Under the pieces are notes generated by a model. The model was not told where the DNA came from, searched no databases, and saw nothing but the letters and a program-made list of their open reading frames with translations. A stretch of DNA of 63,575 bases, the filler included, from an uncultured virus (IMG/VR IMGVR_UViG_2049941000_000092) (lineage: Duplodnaviria; Heunggongvirae; Uroviricota; Caudoviricetes). It is 5 parts of one record of this genome, joined end to end, with 100 filler letters (N's around TTAATTAATTAA, not from the genome) between each part and the next. Parts side by side here need not be neighbours in the genome. Positions count along the whole stretch, not along the records: positions 23,913 to 41,403 come from IMGVR_UViG_2049941000_000092; positions 41,504 to 60,246 come from IMGVR_UViG_2049941000_000092; 3 more parts are not named here. One strand, written 5' to 3'. Both the position numbers and the translations under genes were made by a program. Every line of letters starts with the position of its first letter. The stretch's first letter is position 1. Positions 33,847-47,420 of the stretch are shown here, one piece after another.

Positions 33847-34158
33847 ANNNNNNNNNNNNNNNNNNNNNNNNNNNNNNNNNNNNNNNNNNNNNNNNNNNNN
33901 NNNNNNNNNNNNNNNNNNNNNNNNNNNNNNNNNNNNNNNNNNNNNNNNNNNNNNNNNNNNNNNNNNNNNNNNNNNNNNNNNNNNNNNNNNNNNNNNNNNN
34001 NNNNNNNNNNNNNNNNNNNNNNNNNNNNNNNNNNNNNNNNNNAGGACACGTACTTACCGATGGTATGGTATGCGAAATCTGAGATATGATGAATGCCTAC
34101 GAGTTATTAGATAGTAATACTTTAAGTTTAAAAGAACGTAAACAAATTTTAGACTATT

Positions 34159-37100
34159 ATGATTAAAACTACAACAAGAGATATCGCATCAAGCCCTAAT
34201 GTTTCTGTGCCCAAACTAAACTTTTATGTGTATCAGCAAGGAGCTACTTACCATAATAATGGAACAGACGTAGACTTTGTTACCGATGGCCGAAATCTTT
34301 ATGTGTGCGCAGTGCAGGAACTTGTTACTACTGCAGCTCATATAGAAGATCAGGTCAACTTAATGAAGATTGTTAGTGAAGGTGAGACCGGACACGATGG
34401 TGCTACTGGAGCTCAGGGTATTCCTGGACGTACTCCTAGAATTACCGCAAGATTCGACAACGGACAGGTGATTCTTTATGCTGACGGAGAACGTATTGCT
34501 GCCACTACGGATCTAACCCCTCCTTCCTGGAGACCGGAACGAATTAATAATACAATCGTTTGGGAAAGAACGAGAAGCAATCGTGCTCCTGCACCAATTA
34601 ATTTAGACGATCTTCGTGCACAGGATTACAAACCTCTTATCCTTAGAGTTGATTCCGATAATACTAAGCGTTCTGACGAAGAATCAGGACCTGCTAATTT
34701 CATTCAATGGAAACGCGAAGGCGATGAAGAATGGAACAACCTAATTCACATCTCAGACTTGATGAACCTGGCTCTTGCAGGAGTCTCGTTCTGGGCCGAT
34801 GACGATGGTTATTATCACTTTGGACACCGACAGGTTATTCATGCCACATACGATAGCACTGCCGAAGGTCATAGAGTTATTTCCGACGTTGAATTAGGCG
34901 ATATTCTGTTTGATGCTGGTAAAATTCCTTTCGCCAATTACGAAATAGATTTAAATCAAATTAATAATAAATTACGTCAACTGGAAATTGCCGTCAATAG
35001 CATCGCTCCTGTTGATGCATACAGCAAGACTGAATCTGATTTAAGATATCAGACCAAGGGTGCTTATCTTACTGCAGAAAATCTAAGCGATTACGCCAAG
35101 AAATCCGAAGTTCCGGATGCATACACAAAGGCTGAATCTGATGCACGCTTCCTTAAGGATTCCGACATGGCTACGATTAATGGCCAAAAGATTACCGAAG
35201 GTGGAAATATCGTTATCACCGGTGGCGGCGGAAATCAGGATTTATCTGCATATGCTACTAAAACCGAACTTAATAATCTTTCCGCTACACTTCAGGATCT
35301 AGTTGCTAACGGTTTTAATATCAAACTTAAGATTGAGGACAACTATCTTTATATCTCATATCGAAACGGTGTTGCAGATTCTTGGCAACCAGTCGGTGCT
35401 GTTGGTGGTGGTGGTTCCGGTACTTCCGCAGATCTTACTGCGCTGAAGATAAAGATTGGTGATGGTAGTGTTGGAACTCCTGCACAAAATCATCTATATA
35501 TCTCTTATAACAATGGTTCTACTTGGACCGATGTAGGAGAGTTCATTGACAGCGATACAATTCAGGATTTGACCGACTATGTTACAAGAGCTACTTATCA
35601 GGCCGGTATTGACGCACTTAATGCGCGTATCGATAATCTTGCTGGCGGTCAGTTCAATGTGGTAACTTCCAGAACATTCCTTGTCTATCGTTGGTATAAG
35701 CCGGGTACTGGTGATCCTGCCGTTCCTGCTAAACCCGCTGGTTGTGCATGAGATAGATCTACTAACACGCTTACGTTAGCTGCTGGCAGCCCTTGGAAGG
35801 AAAGTCCGGAAAACAATCCAAACGATGGTAGTCGATTATGGATGACTTCTGCTACATTTGATTCCGATGGTACAGTTATTGCCTCATCTGATTGGCAAAC
35901 GCCTATATGTATTTCTGGTATAGATGGCAATCCTGGTGTCGATGGAGATAGCGTTGAATTCATCTTCAAACTATATGCTGATTTAGCCGCATTTAATGCA
36001 GATAAGGTTAATATTCCTCCGAGCACCGAACCTGAAGATTCTGTTGGACACTGGTACAATCACCCTCAGGGTATTGATGTGGATCACGAAATCGAAGGTG
36101 CGTCCATGCGTATCAAGGATGGAGAAACTGGCCAGTGGGGTGCCTACTGCACTCCGTTTATCTGGTCCATGTGGGGAGAAAACGGTGTTGATGGCGACGG
36201 TGTCGAATACATCTATAGACTCGCTGGAGAAAGCGATGTTACTATTGACGGCGTAACCCGTGCTGTTACTCTTAACAATACTGGTGGCGCTGTATATCCT
36301 CCTACTGTAGAAGACTTTGAGGATAATGAATTTGTCGTACCGCCTCACTATCAGGAAAACGACTGGATTCCTGGTGGAACCAATCCTAATGCAACGACTG
36401 GTATAACCGAGGAAGGCTGGCAGTCCGATACTGGTTGGGATAGAAACTGGACCGNNNNNNNNNNNNNNNNNNNNNNNNNNNNNNNNNNNNNNNNNNNNNN
36501 NNNNNNNNNNNNNNNNNNNNNNAACAAGTATTAACCTTTCTACAGCTGTACTAAGTAACGATACCGACCCTTCTGACATTGTAACTACCATTAATGGAAG
36601 TACAGTTAATGTCGAATGGAGTGATAGTATCCCTAGTGGTTCTGCTCCAGTTTGGATGTCCTACAACTTGATTGGAGATGTTCCTGATACTGGCTGGTCT
36701 TCACCTTGTATGCTGGGCGACTCTTCTCGAATCCAGATTGAATTCAGTGCCGAAGAGAATGCCAAGACCGCATACCCGCTCCCTAATCTTAACAACGATG
36801 CATACATTGATGATACTGCTTTGGGTGGTGTTGACGAAGTTGCCTTTAGAACTGCCGCTGGATTAAAAGATGGCAATGTTGTCTGGGGCGACGAAAATGA
36901 CATTCCTTCCCCTGTATGGATGGCAACGGCTGTCAGAAACGGTGGTACTTGGAGTGGCTGGACGTATGCTAAGATTAAAGGTGAAACTGGTAGGCGAGGT
37001 GAGGATGGTACATCCTTTGCTCCTATTGGTACTGTAAACGCCCTTATTACTGAATACGAAGGCTGTACTGAAGCAACCAGTAATTGGAAGTCCAATATGG

Positions 37101-40100
37101 CCGCGTTCAATTCTGTTGCAACGGTTGGTGCTTCCATCTTGGTAACTGTATTTGATAGTAACAATATTATCGACCATACTGATATGTGGGTCTATACCGG
37201 AGAAACTCCCGCTGTTGATGACTGTGCAAATGGTCTTGTATACGGTTGGAGATGTGTTGGTCCCCTTCAAGGTCCTGCTGGTGAAAGTTCCTACATCCAT
37301 CAGAAGTTTGCTAACGAAGCTCCTAACGGTGCTTTATGTACGGTAATGGGTGTTGGACAGGTTCGTCTCGCATTTACTCCAGTTACACAACCGTTCACGC
37401 AAATTGGTGAATTCCCTGGTAAGTATGTTGGTATGTATGTTGACTTCAATGTAGAAGATTCTTCTACGATTACCGATTACACTTGGGCAAAATGGTCTGG
37501 TGATGACGGCTTCGGTATGGAGCAAATCTTTATACTAAGCGCCACAAGACCTACAACTCCTACTTCATCTAATGTTGGTGCTATTGATTTGCCCGACGGT
37601 TCTACGGTAACTACGAATCTGAACGAGTACTACTATCAGTATAACGTTGTTCCAAGAGTTCGTATTGTTGATAATAGCACAACTCCCGCAACTATTACTT
37701 ATGAAACGTGGGAAGATACCCCTATTACTCCTGCTAACGGAATGCCTTGCTGGATTTCCGTAAGAAAGCTTGACAATCCAACTCTAAGAGAGTGGTCCCA
37801 ACCGCAAATATATAATCGTTACGCTGAAGATGGTAAAGACGGTGACTATGTAGAATATATATATCATCTGTATGATCACGAGCTTAACGCTACTGAATTA
37901 CTCAATGCAATTCATCAGACGAAGGGCTATGTTTCCGGAGATACTAATAGGACTGTTGTAAATAATCAGCATAAGGATTTCATTCCGGGCGATAACGCAA
38001 GTGTTACTACGCCGTCTTCGTTCTGGTCAGATAATCCCGAAGGTGTTGATGCAGTCAATAAGTACGAATATGTATCTCAGCGTGATATCACCTACGACGC
38101 CTCCAATAATCCTGTGTATGGTTCATTCAGCACGCCTGTTATCTGGAGTAAGTTTGGCGAGAATGGTAGAGATGGCGATGGGCTTGAATATGTATTCTTT
38201 GCTGTAACTGACGCTCAGCATCGATTAATTCAGAGCAATAATAGTGGTAAGTTAACCGTTATCAATCTTGCAGTATATCATACTCAAGATGAGGCACGTC
38301 CTTACTGCAAATATAAGAACGCTCTTAACGCTTGGGTAGAACCTGGTCTGCAGGCAACCGATAACAATCCTGGCGTTACCGACGCTCGTCCGTTCGTTTA
38401 TGCTTCCAAGCGTAAATACCACGATGACGGCACTGGTGGCGAATGGGGAGACTTCCAAGACGCAGTTCTCTGGGCTGGTATAGACCCTCGTGTTACAAAG
38501 GCTTGTTCATTAAGCGTTGAGAATCAGAATCATCCGACGATGATTAATAACGTAGATAGAGTGGAGAATGCATCGCTGAAGACCACGTTCAATCTTGGAT
38601 TCCTTGCTATGTACGATAATAGCGGGACCCTTCGTACAATTGACAATGTTGCAATTAACGGTATAGATTTCGTATCATTCAATAATACAAATCTTACTAA
38701 GACGTTAAGCAACAACTATGTTACGCTTCCATTATCTACTGGTACAGTAACGATTCGCCCGGCATATGCATATATTTCCGAACATATCTACTATAGTGTT
38801 TCGCTATCTGTTACGTTTACAGATCCGGCAATATTGGACGACACGCTTGTACTGACCATCACCGCTTCTAATGCTGATGGATATAGTGGTTCTGAAACGA
38901 TAACGATCTCTCCTGTATTTGCAGAAAAGATTGTGACGGTTCTTGATACTATGCCTGCCGCAATTAAGAAGGGTGGCGAGGATGCTACAGACTATAGTCC
39001 AAATCAGGTTATGATTTCTGGTTATATGGGCACGAATAGTCTGGATGCACAAAGAAATATGGTTCTTGGCTACTCTCTTGATGGTGGTGCTCAGAAGTTA
39101 GTATATCTTAAGAATTATATCGCCACACCGTCCGGCAACGATAGAAGTACATTCAACTTCACAGAATATGGTGGAAGTGTTTCCGCTGGTGTCTCTGATG
39201 CAACATTATACTTTGACGAAAGTGGCAATCGGGTTGGTAATGCAGCATCTGCTGTATTCACAGTTCGATTCTATAATTCCGATGATAATCAGCGTAATTA
39301 CGACGATTACAGCTGTTATGGTATACTCGATCTGACGAAGCTATCTGCTGTTGTCAAGAACAACGTGTTGGCGATTGTTGGTTATAATCAAACTGTTACT
39401 GATACAGAACCTGTTGGTGTAATTTATCCTGGTAAACAGGGTGAGCCCGGTGAAACTGTGGTAACATATCAATATCTTGACGGTAAGGTTGTAAGAGTTT
39501 CCGATTGGACCGATCCTCAGAACGAGTACTCTAGTGGAACGACTGCTGTTAACGGTATATATTGTCTCGATGTTGTAAGATATGTTTCTGGACAAACGAC
39601 TTCTTATTATAAATGTAAGGCTGATGTAACTTGTTCGAATAATAAGCCCGCAAGTCCTGCTTCAGATCCTAGTCATTGGGAAACATATACTCCTCAAAGC
39701 GATAGTTGGTTTGAAACAATGCTGGCTAATTCCGCATATATCAATCAACTTTCCGCAAAACAGGTTATTATCACCGATGGAAACGCTGTTGTTGCTGGTA
39801 TGGCATCTAGTGCAGATGTTGCTTCTGCTTCTGGTGCAAATACCGTTGGCAACGTTCGTATCTGGGCTGGTGAACCAGAAACTCCGGGAGATCTAACTAC
39901 CGCTCCATTTACTGTTGATAATACTGGTAAACTTGTCTCCGACGATGCTGAAATTACTGGTACAATTCATGCAGAAAGTGGTACAATTGACGGTGTATTA
40001 ACTATTGGTAGCGAAGGTGGCATTACTACAACAGCAGTTACAGTTGGAAGTAACGGCGATGGTGGGACTAGCACATGAACTCAAAAATCAACACTCTCAC

Positions 40101-40448
40101 CAGATGAAATTAGAAACGATCTTGGNNNNNNNNNNNNNNNNNNNNNNNNNNNNNNNNNNNNNNNNNNNNNNNNNNNNNNNNNNNNNNNNNNNNNNNNNNN
40201 NNNNNNNNNNNNNNNNNNNNNNNNNNNNNNNNNNNNNNNNNNNNNNNNNNNNNNNNNNNNNNNNNNNNNNNNNNTCGCAACAATTGCAATTCCAAGATGT
40301 AACTAATGGTAATACTTATCAAGTTATTAAAACACCAACTATAAAAGATAGCGTTTATAATGTTAGTAATATTGTTGACCGTATCGAAGTAGTTAGTGCC
40401 TTGCCACAGAGTCGTGATCCTAGAACTCTTTATTTCGTTTTAAATTAA
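34159..40448 (+). CDS. giant tail/tail-fibre protein (~2000 aa), gapped, code 4
   Basis: Collagen-like GxxGxxG runs, repeated GENGxDGDGxEYI and WxDxP modules, RIWAG..APFTV; TGA only at 35749 and 40076. Confidence 0.8.
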
Positions 40449-40449
40449 T

Positions 40450-41403
40450 ATGGGAGATATTAAATATAGTATTTCTGGTTCCATAAACGAAATGTGATAT
40501 GGAAACAGTCAAGTAAAATCGGTTTATTATGGTTCAACACGGGTGTGGGGTTCTACCGCACCCGTAGAGAACCTACAAGTAAGTCCAAATTCGACTTTTA
40601 GTTGTCAGGCAAGTGGCGGTTCTAGAACAGTAACGGTTACATGTACTGGAACTTGGACAGCTAGTTCAAATAGGGCCTGGATTACTTTGAGTCGAAATAG
40701 CGGAACGAACGGAAACACTTGTGTAATAACCTGTGCAGAAAATAATAGTTTTGATACAAGGACCGGAACGGTAACGTTCACATATGGCAATCTATCGGTA
40801 ACAATTACTGTTTATCAGGATAGTTTGCCGGTGACAATTACTGTAAATCCTGATACAATCAGTGCTCCCGCCGCAGGTTTAACTACACAGTTTAGTTTCA
40901 CCATCGATTCTCGTCTTGAATGAACTATCAGTTCTGACCCTTGGATAACAGTCGATTCAAACAATTTAAATGGTTCTGGAAGTCGTACAAATGTTTCGGT
41001 AGTGATTGCCGCAAATACAGGTGCTTTAAGAACTGGATATATTTATATTTCGGAAAGTGAGGGTCGTGAATCGGCAACAATAACTGTTACACAATCTGGT
41101 TCTGGTGGTGGTGGATCACAATCATCCGTGACCATTACACCAAGAGTAATCAACTGATATAATGATTCCAATAATAGTTGGTTGAATAAACAAAGCTGGC
41201 AGATTGAATTTGTCGGAGGTGATACCACCACATATTACAATGGAATTGAAGTGTTTATTCAAAATATAGATAATGGACAAGTAGAACAAGTATTAATGAC
41301 TAACCAATCACTGAGTCTTGGTGCTCACCAGACTGTTTATTGGGGTCTTAATGCAGCGAACTTTGCCGATCATACTAAAGCCCAGTTAACTTATAATGGG
41401 GCT
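40450..41403 (+). CDS. tandem BACON-domain protein, partial, code 4
   Basis: WTASSNRAWIT..AENN..RTGTVTF..TITVYQ and [W]TISSDPWIT..AAN..RTG..ITVTQ. Confidence 0.85.
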
Positions 41404-41546
41404 NNNNNNNNNNNNNNNNNNNNNNNNNNNNNNNNNNNNNNNNNNNNTTAATTAATTAANNNNNNNNNNNNNNNNNNNNNNNNNNNNNNNNNNNNNNNNN
41501 NNNATCGTGTTTATTATAATAGGAATGTATTTAAAAGAAAAGAGTA

Positions 41547-41807
41547 ATGTCAAAAATAGAATTAGTGCGAACAGCGCTTCAGACAATAATCAATAATATA
41601 GATTGTAATAACTCCAATATGCCGGACGAACAGTGTGATGAAGTGTTAGATATGATAAACAAAACAACTAACGCAAAAGAAAAACTGAGTAAGTATCAAG
41701 CTTGCAAATTTTTAAATAAAAGCAGAGCCACTTTCGACAATTGAGTTAGAGATGGAAAAATTCCTAAAGGAAAAAGGAACAAGGGTTTAAAGAACTCTTT
41801 TGACTTA
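41547..41807 (+). CDS. excisionase-like HTH protein, partial, code 4
   Basis: LSKYQACKFLNKSRATFDN[W]VRDGKIPKG. Confidence 0.7.
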
Positions 41808-41817
41808 NNNNNNNNNN

Positions 41818-43111
41818 CAAGTTCTTCCAACGGAAAGAACTCGTTTAATCCACAGACTGTATATAAGGATTTAACCGCACAGAACTTTTTACTTACGGGA
41901 AATACCAGAAGCGCTTGCCGTAGTGAAACAGAGACCACATTTATTACGGTAGATAAAATTATTGGAAGGGAACCACGACATTATTCTTTCACGCAGGTTA
42001 ATATAGATATAGATACCACTGGAAATAGTTCTAGTTATGCTGCCAGTAGATTGTCAGCAAATACAATCTCCCGTCAGTATGTAACAAAAAGTGATTATTG
42101 GTATTATATGGAAATTACAAATAATTCCACTAGAACAAATATATCTACCGGTAGTGTAGAGAATATAAGTCCTGTTTTTACTTTCGGGAATACGTATCTT
42201 TCTTCAATTTCTNNNNNNNNNNNNNNNNNACAAGATCGCAATATGTTATTGTTAAAGCGAATACCAATCTAACAACTTTAAAAAATACAGTATCTGTTGG
42301 ATCTAATACGAATTCGGGAACAAAAAAATATTATTATCATGTGTTGATCGATGGGTTTATTTGTTCATTAAACGATCTGCTGCGTCCCGAAGAAATAGTT
42401 GAATTAGAAAACACAAGCAATAAATATACATATATACATAGTCTAGGATACGATATTACTAAAAATGGAGAAATTAATAATATCGTTCTGCATCCGATTG
42501 TTACTATCGGCGAACACACATTTGAAACCGAAGCGTTTTTATCCGGTGTGGGAAGTATGTGTGATATTGCATATCCGAAATATATTGAAAAATATGCACA
42601 CGATTTACTTCTGAACGGAGACTATAGCTACGAATCTGATATGCATATGTATACGTATCATACGGTATTAAACGACACTCCCATATCCGATCTATATACA
42701 GAGAAGTTTTATTCTGCTAGATATGGCGACGTTGTTAATTTAAATGGCACAATACAGTTGGGAAATAAAAAGGCTGGCTTCGATATAAATGGTGATACGC
42801 TTGTACTATATATATGTGACGATTCTATTACAGATAGATCTGAGTTGGAAGAACTTGCAAAAATTCAATATGCATCAATGACTCCTACACGCATAGATAT
42901 GGATAATTGAACAGACGGAATTGTTTCTACTGAAATTGGAACTCCCATAGAAATTACATCGGAGAGCGGTGGTTTCCCAACTGTTTATATAACAGAGTAC
43001 ACAACAAAAAATATCGAAGATGTCATTATCGAAAACGAAAAGGTGACTGCGGCGGCGTTAAATGAACTTGACGATAGAGTCAGATCCATAGAAGCGTCTA
43101 TTGCCGGTTAA
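41818..43111 (+). CDS. tail-fibre-like protein, C-terminal part, gapped, code 4
   Basis: Ends IIENEKVTAAALNELDDRV..IAG*; read-through at TGA 42908. Confidence 0.6.
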
Positions 43112-43143
43112 TGATAGATTAAAAATTTAAAATTTTAATGATT

Positions 43144-43509
43144 ATGGAAGAGAATCAAGAAATTCAAGAAGTAGTGAAAACTCAGGAAGAGTTGGAACAA
43201 GAAGAAAAAGAACTCGCGTGGGTTAAGGAAAATAACAAATGAAGTCATAAAGCCTTTGCTGTTATTGCAGCATCTGTTGCTGGTTTCATTTGGATTCTAG
43301 GACTAATTTTTGGAAAGGTTGTTGAAGCAACTCTATTCGAGGAAGTAGCCAAATGGATTGTCGGCGGAATTGCCGTTGGCATACTTGTAAGTCTTATTTT
43401 CTACGCACCGGTAGAGCTAATGAAACTGGCTCGATATAAATACTATCCGATTTATGGAAAGAAATGGTTCATAAAAGCTTGGAGAAAAGAAATTACTCAT
43501 AAGGAATAA
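43144..43509 (+). CDS. two-TM membrane protein, code 4
   Basis: Acidic N-terminus, NNK[W]SHKAF, two hydrophobic helices. Confidence 0.7.
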
Positions 43510-44338
43510 TGGATATAGATCTGGTGTTGCNNNNNNNNNNNNNNNNNNNNNNNNNNNNNNNNNNNNNNNNNNNNNNNNNNNNNNNNNNNNNNNNNNNNNN
43601 NNNNNNNNNNNNNNNNNNNNNNNNNNNNNNNNNNNNNNNNNNNNNNNNNNNNNNNNNNNNNNNNNNNNNNNNNNNNNNNNNNNNNNNNNNNNNNNNNNNN
43701 NNNNNNNNNNNNNNNNNNNNNNNNNNNNNNNNNNNNNNNNNNNNNNNNNNNNNNNNNNNNNNNNNNNNNNNNNNNNNNNNNNNNNNNNNNNNNNNNNNNN
43801 NNNNNNNNNNNNNNNNNNNNNNNNNNNNNNNNNNNNNNACTTCTTTTCGGAAGATTGAAAAATACGAGCGAACATAAGAATAGAAACACAGAAAGTTGAT
43901 ACATATAGGTCAATGTTGAAGTATTCTGAATTATTTGTAAAACGTATTTTAGGAATTAGAGCAAGAAATAATTCTAACCAGTTCTATCGCGATGGACATT
44001 CCTGGACAGCAATGCATAAATCCACGTGAGATATATTGCACAAAGATGAAAAAAACTTTAAACAATATTGTAGCACATTTCGTAAAGGTTGTAACCTAGT
44101 TCAACAGATAAGTACATATTACGAGTATTTCACCGGTAATGTAGTATCTCGAGATATTAAGACTAAATACTACGATTTTAAAAAGTGTATCAATTTAAAA
44201 GATTTACTTAACGGAGAATATCATATAGTTTGCATTAATGATACGGGCCTAGACACCGCTGTTGATGCACAGACGCAACAACTAAAAGATTGATTTGAAG
44301 AGATAGTCCCCGAAAAATCAGATAAATATGAGAATTAG
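43509..44338 (+). CDS. Stealth-family sugar-phosphotransferase, gapped, code 4
   Basis: CR1-like MDIDLVL, CR3-like HSWTAMHKS..STFR, CR4-like IVCIND..FEEIVPEKSDKYE. Confidence 0.7.
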
Positions 44339-44365
44339 CAATGTGTTGCTAATTTATAAACTTAC

Positions 44366-44408
44366 AAACCCTTGTGACCCTATAGGTTGCGAGGGTTTAT
44401 TTTTTTTT
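44366..44408 (+). terminator. intrinsic terminator
   Basis: AAACCCTTGTGACC-CTATA-GGTTGCGAGGGTTT then a T-tract. Confidence 0.8.
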
Positions 44409-44499
44409 ATTAGTATTGTGTCGATTTTATATTATTTACATAGTATTTTTGTATTGTTGATCAACAAATATTTCATGTATAACTTTAAATTTTATTAAA

Positions 44500-45629
44500 A
44501 TGGCAGACGAAAAAACTTATGTATTTGATGGTGCTTCTCGTAACGATATCCCACTTGCTTACGCTCTCAATAATGGAGGCGGATGAGGTAACGGATTAGG
44601 TGGCTGAGGTGGCGGAATCGTAGGATTCCTGCTCGGTCTCGCTTTTGGCGGTTTTGGTGGTTGAGGTGGTTTCGGCGGCTTTGGTGGAAACGGCATTAAC
44701 GGTATGGTTAATTCNNNNNNNNNNNNNNNNNNNNNNNNNNNNNNNNNNNNNNNNNNNNNNNNNNNNNNNNNNNNNNNNNNNNNNNNNNNNNNNNNNNNNN
44801 NNNNNNNNNNNNNNNNNNNNNNNNNNNNNNNNNNNNNNNNCCTTCAAGCAATTAATGGAACCGATGCAGATGTTCGTCAGTTAGCTACCACTTTAGGAAT
44901 GAATTATGAAACTATAAGTCAGGGAATCTCTGATGCTAGATTAGCTCTTGCTAATGTTGGCTCTCAGGTTGGACTTTCTGGTTTACAGGTACAAAACGCA
45001 ATNNNNNNNNNNNNNNNNNNNNNNNNNNNNNNNNNNNNNNNNNNNNNNNNNNNNNNNNNNNNNNNNNNNNNNNNNNNNNNNNNNNNNNNNNNNNNNNNNA
45101 ATCTAGAAGTATTACAGAATCTACTAGTTCTGTTACTTTCAATTTCAATACTTCTCCAGCAGTTAACTCTAGATTTTCTGGTTTAATTGCTGTAAGAATT
45201 GATGAACAAGCAGCAACAAGTGGAGACGCACTTCCTGTTTATTTCAATGTTCCTAGTGTAGCTGGCACTAATATCGCCGTTACTACATTTGGAGGTACAC
45301 CTGTAAGTGGAGTTGAAATGACAGAAGGAATACATCTAGTATTCTATGATAGAGAAAATGGTATATTACAATTATTAATTTAGTTTAATTATGNNNNNNN
45401 NNNCTAATAATACAGCTCTTAAGACTCAGATTGATAATGCTAATCAAACAGCTGCTGTTGCCGCTATGCTCGCTCCAATTCAGAAAGAAGTTTCTGAAAT
45501 CAAAGCTGCACAACCTNNNNNNNNNNTACAGTACAGTATCCTCAATTAACCGCTATTCCGTCTTACTATTTATACGGTAATTCTAATTATTTCCCATATT
45601 ACGGAGGCACTGGCTCCATCTGAGCATAG
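44500..45629 (+). CDS. Gly-rich membrane/coiled-coil protein of a conserved Bacteroidota-phage cassette; gapped and mis-ordered; code 4
   Basis: MADEKTYVFD..GGG[W]GNGLGG[W]GGG..FGG[W]GGFGG; QAING; ends GSI[W]A*. 45100-45383 probably belongs to the next gene (ATG 45644). Confidence 0.7.
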
Positions 45630-45971
45630 GAGGGCTCCTAACTATGGCAACGAATTTCGTATATAACAGAGTAAATATTANNNNNNNNNNNNNNNNNNNN
45701 NNNNNNNNNNNNNNNNNNNNNNNNNNNNNNNNNNNNNNNNNNNNNNNNNNNNNNNNNNNNNNNNNNNNNNNNNNNNNNNNNNNNNNNNNNNNNNNNNNNN
45801 NNNNNNNNNNNNNNNNNNNNNNNNNNNNNNNNNNNNNNNNNNNNNNNNNNNNNNNNNNNNNNNNNNNNNNNNNNNNNNNNNNNNNNNNNNNNNNNNNNNN
45901 NNNNNNNNNNNNNNNNNNNNNNNNNNNNNNNNNNNNNNNNNNNNNNNNNNNNNNNNNNNNNNNNNNNNNNN

Positions 45972-46375
45972 CTAATGCGTTTGGACAACCTCAAGAATTG
46001 GTAGTAGATTTAGTTATTAAACTCAACGATATTACTGTAAATATGAATGCTATTCCAGCTCAATTGGATATAGCGGATTCTTACAGTAATGGTGAAAATT
46101 TAGTTATTTCAGATAGTAGAGAAGCGATGAATTCTGAAATATTGAGTTTAAAGCAGAAGAGTGTTGATATAATTAATAGTGCACCATATCATAAAAGTTT
46201 AATTACAACTTATGATAAATTGTTATCTGATTTTAATCCAGAAATGGCTGAAAAACAGGCACAACAAAAAGAAATAAGTGAACTACGCGCTCAAATGGAT
46301 GAAATGAGTAGGAATATGGCCTTATTGATTAAAGAACTTAAAGGAGGACCAATTAATGAGAATGTGGGAAATTAG
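45972..46375 (+). CDS. conserved phage hypothetical protein, C-terminal part
   Basis: VVDLVIK..ISDSREAMNSEI..NPEMAEKQAQQKEISEL. Confidence 0.75.
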
Positions 46376-46538
46376 AGAAAAAGACCGTGGTTATAAAAAC
46401 ATGCGTCACGATGAAAAATCAGTAGAGGAAGCATACGAGTGTGGCTACGAAGATGGCTGGGAAGATGCAATGAAAGAGATGGAAGAAGGAGAGAAGTCTT
46501 ATAAAATGTCTTCTCGTTCATATAGAATGCGTAGATAA
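46356..46538 (+). CDS. small charged protein (60 aa)
   Basis: EEAYECGYEDGWEDAMKEM. Confidence 0.7.
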   Translation: MRMWEIREKDRGYKNMRHDEKSVEEAYECGYEDGWEDAMKEMEEGEKSYKMSSRSYRMRR

Positions 46539-46941
46539 TGAGATTAGATGCAAGAGATAGTTTTCCTTCAGGAATGGAGGAATACTTAGCTCAAAACGGT
46601 TGACATTTTTCTAAAAAGATGTTTGAATGAGTAAGTTCTATGATGTATAAAAAAGAACCAAACGGAAGAAAGGTTAAAGTTCAAACACTTTCAAAAGAAA
46701 ATGTCGATGAGCTTCTAAAAAGATACGGAATTACTCTGGAAAACAAATTTGGATATGATTACGTATTTGCAGCAAATATGTGTAAAGCTGATTATTTAGN
46801 NNNNNNNNNGAGCAACATCTTGCATTATTTGTTAAAGATTACGTGGATGATCCAGATGGATATCCAGAACTTCCGTTCACAAGATTTTATGGAGATTGTA
46901 TAGGAACAGGTACTCCAATTAATTGAGAGGATTTGATATAA
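46538..46941 (+). CDS. conserved phage protein, code 4
   Basis: YLAQNG[W]HFSKKMFE[W]..YDYVFAANMCKADYL..PIN[W]EDLI*. Confidence 0.8.
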
Positions 46942-47238
46942 TGCTACTTGGACAGGATTTTACGTTGGAAAAATGAAACTGACGTGTTAGGGCATTTTAT
47001 GTCGTCGATCTTATTCCCATTGATTTTATTATTGATGAATTAGTTGAGATTGGATGCGATGAACAAGATATCGAATCTGCAATTGAAGTATTAGATTCCG
47101 ATAAAGATAACAGAGGTATTACATTTTCCAATAGTGAAAATCGTGAATCTATAATCGTTATAGGTGAAACGAGCTGTCCTGCAGAATTTGCACATAGTTA
47201 TGATCATGAAAAACTACATTTGGCAATGCATATTGCAC
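46941..47238 (+). CDS. HExxH metalloprotease-like protein, partial, code 4
   Basis: NRGITFSN..SIIVIG..EFAHSYDHEKLHL. Confidence 0.7.
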
Positions 47239-47283
47239 CTATAGCTACGAATCTGATATGNNNNNNNNNNCTCGCCTTTTCTT

Positions 47284-47314
47284 TTTGATATTTAATAATT
47301 TTTTTGTATATTTG
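47284..47314 (+). promoter_or_regulatory. Bacteroidota sigma-A promoter
   Basis: TTTG-N19-TATATTTG. Confidence 0.75.
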
Positions 47315-47420
47315 CGGCAAATGTATTATTATGTCCATAAGAGAGTAAGATTCCCGATAGCTGTAGATTTGGTTTTAGGGAAAGTAATCAATAAAGTTTT
47401 TTAATATAATAGATACAAGC

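Noticed and set aside
47239..47260. 22-nt copy of 42622-42643
   Set aside because: At a contig end and breaks the ORF; likely a chimeric join, not an att site or DGR repeat
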